DNA of 64,000 nt, taken from contig JBATNG010000011.1 in NCBI GenBank assembly GCA_049290235.1, positions 220 to 64,219 of the forward strand. Reading direction: 5' to 3'. The notes under the pieces were generated by a model, which worked only from the letters and a program-made list of their open reading frames with translations, was not told the origin of the DNA and ran no database searches. This document shows positions 1 to 6,046 of this stretch, piece by piece. How positions within the stretch are numbered: position 1 is the stretch's first letter; each line of letters starts with the position of its first letter. The DNA comes from Candidatus Moraniibacteriota bacterium (GTDB lineage Bacteria; Patescibacteriota; Minisyncoccia; Moranbacterales; UBA1568). The position numbers and the translations under genes are program-made.

Positions 1-61
1 TCAACCGCCAAGGCTCCGTGGGAGCGATGGCGGCGTTCAGGAGCACAGCGCGACTGGCTGG

Positions 62-469
62 CTAGATGTGCTTCCTGAGCCTGATAGAAGGCAACATCAG
101 ATCAGGAAATCGCCCGGTAACCCGTTCGATCAGTCCTACTCGCGCCGGCGCTAACATCGGGTTCATGACCCATAGGTCGGACAAAATCACACTGACGTCA
201 GCCTGGCTCGGGGAACTGAATTTGATCCACTCCAGGATACCCACGATAGCCCAGTAGGCCGGGCTTTCGTTGGAAGCCAGTTGATCCAGCGGGATTGTCC
301 GCAGCATCATGAGACCCACCTGGAGCATTTCCCCTGGGACTTGGCCACTGTTGCGGCACAGCCAAAAGGCGGTTGCCTTCCTATCCGCAAGCTTTCCTGG
401 CATCGAAGACCAGCCTCCAATGCCAAGTGCACCAGCAGGGGCAAGAAATTGAGTCATATCGCTCTCCAA
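62..469 (-). CDS. hypothetical protein (no recognisable domain)
   Basis: ORF from track; lies left of tRNA-Gly 3'-end repeat copy C; no motif I can assign. Confidence 0.3.
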   Translation of the reverse strand: MESDMTQFLAPAGALGIGGWSSMPGKLADRKATAFWLCRNSGQVPGEMLQVGLMMLRTIPLDQLASNESPAYWAIVGILEWIKFSSPSQADVSVILSDLWVMNPMLAPARVGLIERVTGRFPDLMLPSIRLRKHI

Positions 470-580
470 AGGACGGTTATCACGACACCTCGTGACTAGG
501 GTTCATAATTTTCTTGAACAAAACATACTAGCATTTTTTCTAAGGTTTGTCCACTCTCAGCTCGACTGTCTTTAGGGGTA

Positions 581-633
581 ATAAAAAACAAGGCTCGGGT
601 GAGCCTCATTTTTAATGGAGCGGGTAACGGGAG
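581..633 (-). repeat. tRNA-Gly 3'-end fragment (T-stem 3' half + acceptor 3' strand + U73 + CCA) followed on minus strand by terminator hairpin; att-like repeat copy C
   Basis: plus strand ataaaaaacaaggctcgggtgagcctcatttttaatggagcgggtaacgggag; rc = CTCCCGTTACCCGCTCCA + TTAAAAA + hairpin; same architecture as copies at 1557-1609 and 1763-1820 but no 5' part of the tRNA. Confidence 0.6.
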
Positions 634-852
634 AGTCTCACTCGTCCTTCGGACTCTTTGAGAACCCCTGCCTACCGGCAGGCAGGCCTTTCCCGTTCTC
701 CTCCAATTTTCGATCCAAACAAAAGAAAAAAGGATCAGCGCAAGACCAATCTTTTTTCTTTGATTGAGCCAGCGTGTCCGAGATGTTCGAACTGAGATTG
801 GCTTTGGATAGGGGATTGGGAGATCGGTTACTATAGTATCACTAACTTTATC

Positions 853-1518
853 TCATTGTCCCTTGTTCAGATACTTCTTTAAAAAATCTTCTCGTGAAAT
901 GTAAGCCCTTCGCTTGAGGCCGCTCTCGATTGTTTCATCATCAATCGTAAATCCGAACCTCTCAACAGCACGTGGGCGCCTTGCTACCATGAGAGAATCG
1001 CCTTCAATAAGGTTTATTTCTGGGTATTCTTGTACAATCTCTGCAAGCTTTTGCATGGCTTCTTTGAATTTAGAAAGTATCTGCTCATCCCGTTTCTCAG
1101 GCACCTGGTTGACATAAATATGAATAAATATTCTATCCCCAGATAACTCATATGAGACAACTTCATTTAGCGCTATGAATTCTTGCTTCCTTTCTCCCTC
1201 ATCAAGAAATGATTCAGGATCACTAAATTTCTTATCGACGATCGGTTTAAAGAGCTGGAAGATCGCTTCAACAAACTCGTCCTTAGATTCAATTTCAGCA
1301 CATGCCTCAAGTCTTGAGAGAAATCCCTCTTTCTCTTGGATTAAGGGCGTTATTCCTTCGAGCGTAGACTTGATATACGCAACCCTTTCACTACTATTTT
1401 TAAAGGTCTTAAATGTTTCTTCAATACCAGCTTTTGAGGCTCGATAAAATTCATTTCTTCTTTTCTCATCTTCGGAGACCACAGGGCTCTCGGATGAAGG
1501 GGTTGGAAATTCTTTCAT
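853..1518 (-). CDS. hypothetical protein, AT-rich, inside tRNA-Gly-repeat-bounded insert
   Basis: 221-aa ORF, markedly lower GC than neighbours, charged/helical, no known domain; bracketed by repeat copies C and B. Confidence 0.5.
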   Translation of the reverse strand: MKEFPTPSSESPVVSEDEKRRNEFYRASKAGIEETFKTFKNSSERVAYIKSTLEGITPLIQEKEGFLSRLEACAEIESKDEFVEAIFQLFKPIVDKKFSDPESFLDEGERKQEFIALNEVVSYELSGDRIFIHIYVNQVPEKRDEQILSKFKEAMQKLAEIVQEYPEINLIEGDSLMVARRPRAVERFGFTIDDETIESGLKRRAYISREDFLKKYLNKGQ

Positions 1519-1556
1519 AAACTTATTCTACCGCAGTTCGACAGTAAATTCCCGGT

Positions 1557-1609
1557 ATAAAAAACAAGGCCTGTCTAAGCCTTGAATTTCATGGAGCGGA
1601 TAACGGGAG
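1557..1609 (-). repeat. tRNA-Gly 3'-end fragment + terminator hairpin; att-like repeat copy B
   Basis: plus strand ataaaaaacaaggcctgtctaagccttgaatttcatggagcggataacgggag; rc gives CTCCCGTTATCCGCTCCA (acceptor 3' strand + U73 + CCA); hairpin arms differ from copies A and C by compensatory changes. Confidence 0.6.
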
Positions 1610-1762
1610 TACCGCATCGTTCATTCGCCGTCACTCATTCACTCTTTGCCCGGGGTGGCGCCAAATGCTCATTTGTTCGCATCCGTCGACACTCGCCATC
1701 GTTTCCTTCCTGCTGAAAGGAAACTCGTCTCGCTCCCACCCGTTCGACTCCCTATCAACCCA

Positions 1763-1800
1763 GGAAATAAAACAAGCGCCCGATTGGACGCTTGTTTTAT
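1763..1800 (-). terminator. rho-independent terminator downstream of tRNA-Gly (minus strand)
   Basis: hairpin acaagcg-cccgattgg-acgcttgt followed on minus strand by TTTTATTT. Confidence 0.55.
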
Positions 1801-1805
1801 TTTTG

Positions 1806-1877
1806 AGCGGGTAACGGGAGTCGAACCCGTATCTTGACCTTGGCAAGGTCACATAATAGCCGCTATACGATACCCGC
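1806..1877 (-). tRNA. tRNA-Gly (anticodon GCC), CCA not encoded
   Basis: rc reads GCGGGTA...TGACC-TTGCCAA-GGTCA...ACGGG-TTCGACT-CCCGT-TACCCGC-T; acceptor 7 bp, T-arm GTTCGACTC, anticodon loop TTGCCAA, U73 typical of Gly. Confidence 0.8.
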
Positions 1878-1992
1878 CTACGGCGGGCACCTGCCCGAAT
1901 TGCTACGCAAATGCGTTGCAGGCGAGGATCCGCTTTGGCATTTTTCTCACTGACACAATCTACCTGATTTTATACATTCCCACAATACCCAG

Positions 1993-2065
1993 TGGGTCCG
2001 GATGGATTCGAACCATCGACCAAGCGATTATGAGTCGCCTGCTCTAACCGCTGAGCTACGGACCC
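1993..2065 (-). tRNA. tRNA-Met/Ile2-type (anticodon CAT), CCA not encoded
   Basis: rc GGGTCCG-TA-GCTC-AGCGGTTAGA-GCAG-G-GGCGA-CTCATAA-TCGCT-TGGTC-GATGG-TTCGAAT-CCATC-CGGACCC-A; canonical cloverleaf; cannot distinguish elongator Met, initiator or lysidine-Ile from sequence alone. Confidence 0.8.
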
Positions 2066-2166
2066 AAACAATAACCGCTAACCTGTAACCGACCACCTAC
2101 AACAATTCGGGCGAGATGCCAATGACTCTTGTTGTTGGTTATAGGTTGTGGGTTGTAAGTTACTAT

Positions 2167-2241
2167 TGGTGCCGGGGGGCAGAATTGAACTGCCGACGCA
2201 AGGATTTTCAGTCCTTCGCTCTACCACTGAGCTACCCCGGC
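2167..2241 (-). tRNA. tRNA-Phe (anticodon GAA), CCA encoded
   Basis: rc GCCGGGG-TA-GCTC-AGTGGTA-GAGC-G-AAGGA-CTGAAAA-TCCTT-GCGTC-GGCAG-TTCAATT-CTGCC-CCCCGGC-A-CCA. Confidence 0.85.
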
Positions 2242-2310
2242 GAAACATAACTATTATCCCGGAACCACCGAAAAAAGCAATCTTTTTTGCTCTGACTGCC
2301 GGCTTTCCGG

Positions 2311-2375
2311 TGGTGGGCAGTAGAGGACTCGAACCTCTGACCCCCTCGGCTTGCCACGTACCAAAATGACTGGCC
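2311..2375 (-). pseudogene. 65-nt tRNA-like element (intact T-arm, acceptor stem, A73, CCA) lacking D-arm and anticodon arm; probable 3' half of a disrupted tRNA
   Basis: rc GGCCAGT-CATTTTGGTACGTGGCAAGCCGAGGGGGTC-AGAGG-TTCGAGT-CCTCT-ACTGCCC-A-CCA; acceptor pairs with one C-C mismatch; the internal 30 nt cannot form D or anticodon arms; sits 2 nt from tRNA-Val 3' end. Confidence 0.4.
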
Positions 2376-2377
2376 TG

Positions 2378-2451
2378 TGGACGATGCTGGACTCGAACCA
2401 GCGGCCCTCTCGGTGTAAACGAGATGCTCTAACCAACTGAGCTAATCGTCC
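2378..2451 (-). tRNA. tRNA-Val (anticodon TAC), CCA not encoded
   Basis: rc GGACGAT-TA-GCTC-AGTTGGTTA-GAGC-A-TCTCG-TTTACAC-CGAGA-GGGCC-GCTGG-TTCGAGT-CCAGC-ATCGTCC-A. Confidence 0.8.
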
Positions 2452-2515
2452 GATTTTAGTACGGGGTGAATAAGCGAGGGCTCCCCGCCCGTACCAAACG
2501 GTACGTTCGGGCGGG

Positions 2516-2537
2516 TAACCAACTGAGCTAACTGCCC
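2516..2537 (-). pseudogene. tRNA 5' fragment (acceptor 5' strand GGGCAGT + D-stem/loop TAGCTCAGTTGGTTA) whose acceptor is the exact complement of the ACTGCCC 3' strand of the tRNA-like element at 2311-2375
   Basis: rc of taaccaactgagctaactgccc = GGGCAGT-TA-GCTC-AGTTGGTTA, then runs into hairpin CCCGCCCG-AAC-GTACC-GTTT-GGTAC-GGGCGGG instead of the D-stem 3' strand; D-arm identical to that of tRNA-Val. Confidence 0.35.
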
Positions 2538-2607
2538 GTCTCACTATCGTACCGAGGCTTCCCCAAAAAAGAAAGCTGGTCAATCAAGTACCAGCCTTCT
2601 TCCTTTG

Positions 2608-2691
2608 TGCCCAAGAGAGGACTCGAACCTCCAATCCCTTGCGGGAACTAGCACCTCAAGCTAGCGCGTATACCAATTCCGCCACCTGGGC
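2608..2691 (-). tRNA. tRNA-Leu (anticodon GAG), long variable arm, CCA not encoded
   Basis: rc GCCCAGG-TG-GCGG-AATTGGTATA-CGC-G-CTAGC-TTGAGGT-GCTAG-TTCCCGCAAGGGAT-GGAGG-TTCGAGT-CCTCT-CTTGGGC-A. Confidence 0.8.
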
Positions 2692-2783
2692 CTATTGCTC
2701 ACCTACAACCTAAAACTTACTACCAACTACCGAAAAGGGCAATAGAAAAGGAGGGTTTGCCCCCTCTATCTGGTACGAGGTTC

Positions 2784-3251
2784 CTACTTTGACTTCAGCT
2801 CTTCCGGGGCCAGATCCTCAGCCGTCAACTTGGCGGCTGCCTTCACTTCCTTTACCACGTCCTTCGCATCCTTGCCGGAACGACCGATTTCGAACGGGAC
2901 TTCTTTCAATTTCTTACCAATGACCTTGGCTGATTTGGTCCGGACAAAGTACAGTTTACCACGCCGAGCCTTGGTCCTCTTCACGAGCTCGATCGACTCA
3001 ACCTGTGAAGAAAGCAAGGGGAAGATGAGCTCGACGCCGATACCCGAAGATACCTTGCGCACGGTCACAGTCCGAGATGAGCTTTGCCCGCCTTTGATAG
3101 CGATGACCATACCCTGGAACATCTGAATACGAGTCTTCTCGCCTTCCTTGATCTTGCGACGCACCTTCACCACGTCTCCGGCTTGGAGCTCAGGGAGATC
3201 AGTCCGCGCGGCGCGAAGGTTGTTGTTGAATTCGACAAGTTTCTTGTGCAT
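2784..3251 (-). CDS. rplS: 50S ribosomal protein L19 with Lys/Ala-rich C-terminal extension
   Basis: GDVVKVRRKIKEGEKTRIQMFQGMVIAIKGG...TVRKVSSGIGVELIFPL...IELVKRTKARRGKLYFVR matches L19 core; extra ~40 aa KEVKAAAKLTAEDL tail. Confidence 0.85.
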   Translation of the reverse strand: MHKKLVEFNNNLRAARTDLPELQAGDVVKVRRKIKEGEKTRIQMFQGMVIAIKGGQSSSRTVTVRKVSSGIGVELIFPLLSSQVESIELVKRTKARRGKLYFVRTKSAKVIGKKLKEVPFEIGRSGKDAKDVVKEVKAAAKLTAEDLAPEELKSK

Positions 3252-3371
3252 AGCGGTGTGGATCGCCCGATGATTTTCGGGGGAATACTAGTGATAAAAA
3301 AGAAGCCTTCTATACGCACACAGAAAAGGCTTACTCAAGCGTTCCAATCATATCTCCTTCCTATCTCGGCG

Positions 3372-4349
3372 TCAAGCCCGTACACCATCCTCGATTGACG
3401 TCTGGTCAAGCATTTTCAAGGTATCAGAAAAGTAGCTTGGGAGCGGGGATGTGTAACGAAATTTCTGCTTACCAAGCTGGAAACGGAGCTCGCCAGCATG
3501 GAGCAGCTGAAAAGTTGGTTTTAGCGGATCATAGCGATGTTCTTTGAAGCGATACAGTCGATCCCCCACGATCGGATGCCCTAGCGCTGCCAGATGGACA
3601 CGAATTTGATGAGTTCGACCTGTTTTTGGCTTTATTGAGAGGTAATCATACCCTGTATAACGTGTTTGTAAAGCATATTCTGTGATCGCATCGCGGAGTT
3701 CACCACCAAAAAGGCGATTTCCGGCCGGGACAGCTCGCTTCTTCTCTCCCTTTATGCGACCGATCGGGAGATCGATACAGCCGCTTGGTTCACTCATATT
3801 GCCATACACCAGGGCAAAGTATGTTTTCTCAATGTTTCGTTCCTGAAAGAGCTTCTTTAGAGCCTTAAATGAACGGTTTGTCTTGGCGATAAGGATGACT
3901 CCGGAGGTGTCCTTGTCGAGTCGGTGCACCATTCCCGGACGTTTTTCATCCTCCCCAATCCCGATGATATGTGGATAAGTCGTGGATATCCAGTCAGAAA
4001 CCGTCCGCTGGTGGGAATTCCCGGCAGGATGCATCGCGATACCGGCGGGCTTATCCAACACGAGGAACTTCTCCGTCTCAGCGATTACCCGTGGAACTGG
4101 GGCACTGTCTGCGGGTATCGCCTTCTTGGACTGTCTCGCCCGCTCTGAAGCCGACAGCTTTATCACCATGCCAGGCTTCAGACGCAGACTCGCCTTCACG
4201 ACTGTCTTACCATCAATCCGCACCATTCCAGACTGGATGAGATCATGTATGACTGGCCGCGATACCTCGGCGAGAACAGTCATGAGGAACAAGTCGAGCC
4301 GTCGGCCGTTGTGCTTTTCCTTTACGAGAATCCTGCTTTGTTGCTCCAT
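3372..4349 (-). CDS. RluA-family 23S rRNA pseudouridine synthase (RluD-like) with N-terminal S4 domain
   Basis: S4-like N-terminus (VRIDGKTVVKASLRLKPGMVI), catalytic motif HRLDKDTSGVILIAKT with conserved Asp. Confidence 0.8.
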   Translation of the reverse strand: MEQQSRILVKEKHNGRRLDLFLMTVLAEVSRPVIHDLIQSGMVRIDGKTVVKASLRLKPGMVIKLSASERARQSKKAIPADSAPVPRVIAETEKFLVLDKPAGIAMHPAGNSHQRTVSDWISTTYPHIIGIGEDEKRPGMVHRLDKDTSGVILIAKTNRSFKALKKLFQERNIEKTYFALVYGNMSEPSGCIDLPIGRIKGEKKRAVPAGNRLFGGELRDAITEYALQTRYTGYDYLSIKPKTGRTHQIRVHLAALGHPIVGDRLYRFKEHRYDPLKPTFQLLHAGELRFQLGKQKFRYTSPLPSYFSDTLKMLDQTSIEDGVRA

Positions 4350-4655
4350 GAATGTGTTCTCTGCCCGTTACTCGATACCTCTTCTCTCCGTCCGCACCGA
4401 GATGTCCACGCGTTATACCTCAACCGGAGTCATCAGCATGCCACCCTGAGCGAAGGTTGTCAATGCTTCTTGTACTTCTTCCGATCATGTAAATACTATT
4501 GGTGGTAGTAATTGTTACTTTTTACATCTGAAGAGTGTGGTTTTCAGCATAATTTCGAGGATATTTGACACCTCCATTTGACCTCTCTATCATGGTGGAG
4601 CGTCATCCGATTTTCGGGTCGCGAAATCAAACTCTAATCCATTTTCATACCTCAT

Positions 4656-5303
4656 ATGAACCAACAAGAAGGCTGCTGCGGAGGCGGGTGCTGCGACGAG
4701 AATACCGCCGAGATGCCAGGGTATTTTCCCGTCATTGGTGAGACAGTGCCGAATCTCGAATTCGACTATTACCATCAGGAAGGATTCCATCACTCACATT
4801 TCTCCGATTATCGAGACAAATGGGTTGTTGTGTTTTTCTACCCGGGCGACTTCACGTTCGTATGCCCGACCGAATTGCAGGATCTGGCTGTCAATTACGA
4901 GAAATTCACCACACTCGGAGCAGAGATTCTCTCGGTGAGCACCGACTCCAAGCATGTCCACAAAGCGTGGCATGATCAGTCAGTCGCTGTAAAGCAAGTA
5001 CAGTTCCCGATGCTCGCTGATCCCTCCGGCGACATCTCCGATGCATTCGGGGTCCTCATTCAAGACAGCAAGAATGAAGACTATGGTCGGACCCTGCGCG
5101 GCACATTCCTCATTGATCCCGATGGCGTGCTCCAGGCGTATGAGATCCATGCCAACAATGTCGGCCGATCAGCTGATGAACTCCTCCGTAAACTCGAAGC
5201 GGCGATTTTCGTCCGCGAGCATCATGGTGAAGTTTGCCCGGCCAGCTGGAAAAAAGGCGCCAAGACGCTGAAGCCTGGCATCGATCTCGTTGGAAAAATC
5301 TAA
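4656..5303 (+). CDS. peroxiredoxin, typical 2-Cys AhpC/Prx1 subfamily
   Basis: peroxidatic FTFVCPTE motif and resolving Cys in GEVCPASW; ORF as drawn has an odd Cys-rich N-terminal leader MNQQEGCCGGGCCDENTAE; an alternative start MPGYFPV at 4713 is possible. Confidence 0.85.
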   Translation: MNQQEGCCGGGCCDENTAEMPGYFPVIGETVPNLEFDYYHQEGFHHSHFSDYRDKWVVVFFYPGDFTFVCPTELQDLAVNYEKFTTLGAEILSVSTDSKHVHKAWHDQSVAVKQVQFPMLADPSGDISDAFGVLIQDSKNEDYGRTLRGTFLIDPDGVLQAYEIHANNVGRSADELLRKLEAAIFVREHHGEVCPASWKKGAKTLKPGIDLVGKI

Positions 5304-5369
5304 TAACAAGCACTGGGCCTTTGGCGACAGAGCGATTGAGTCCGCGGCAAGCACGCGAGAGGCTCAGGA

Positions 5370-5993
5370 GTGAAGAAGACAAAGGACTCGTGCGCCACAT
5401 CTATGCCCTACAGCGCCAAAAATTATTCTCACCTCATCGGACTCCCTGGTTTTTCTGACACTCTCCTCAATAATCACTTCACCCTCTACGAGGGCTATGT
5501 GAAAAACACGAACGCGCTTTCGGACAAACTGAAGGCGCTGAGTGAAAAAGGAGAGTTTTCGACTCCCGAGTTTGCGGAATTCAAACGACGGTTCGGTTGG
5601 GAATGGAACGGCATGCGCCTGCATGAACTGTACTTTGGCAACATGACGAAAGAATCGACTCTGCTCTCGGATGGAACACTCCAGAAGGGTCTCATCGCCA
5701 CCTACGGCAGCGTCGAGGACTGGAAGAAGAACTTCGTCGGCACCGGCAGCATGCGCGGAATCGGCTGGGTCATCCTCGTCCATGATGCCGAGACCGGTAA
5801 GCTCTCCAATGTCTGGGTGAATGAGCATGACCTGGGACACTTGGTCGGCACCACGCCGCTCCTCGTCATAGACGTTTTCGAACACGCCTTTATGATTGAT
5901 TACGGTTTGAAACGCGCTGACTATATCGAGGCGTTTTTCCGTTCCATCGACTGGAAGATCGTCGAGCAACGACTCAAAGAGCACCAATCATAG
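5370..5993 (+). CDS. Fe/Mn-family superoxide dismutase
   Basis: C-terminal VIDVFEHAFMIDYGLKRADYIEAFFRSIDW matches the D-x-W-E-H-A-Y-Y...RPDY SOD signature (Asp and His metal ligands); N-terminal H..Y region present but diverged. Confidence 0.7.
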   Translation: MKKTKDSCATSMPYSAKNYSHLIGLPGFSDTLLNNHFTLYEGYVKNTNALSDKLKALSEKGEFSTPEFAEFKRRFGWEWNGMRLHELYFGNMTKESTLLSDGTLQKGLIATYGSVEDWKKNFVGTGSMRGIGWVILVHDAETGKLSNVWVNEHDLGHLVGTTPLLVIDVFEHAFMIDYGLKRADYIEAFFRSIDWKIVEQRLKEHQS

Positions 5994-6046
5994 ATTGTTC
6001 GCTCGGTCCATCCATCCCTAATCGACGCACCGCATAACACAAACAT

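Noticed and set aside
1631-1852. Small ORFs (73 aa minus, 63 aa plus) between tRNA-Gly repeat copies B and A
   Set aside because: They overlap the tRNA-Gly 3' end, its terminator and the repeat; more likely non-coding integration scar.
2351-2526. Possibility that the sequence between the two tRNA halves is a group I intron
   Set aside because: The intervening ~175 nt contains a complete independent tRNA-Val and lacks recognisable P/Q/R/S-like conserved cores; insertion/recombination is more parsimonious.
5364-5987. 207-aa ORF antisense to the SOD gene
   Set aside because: Mirror image of a confidently assigned CDS; no motifs.
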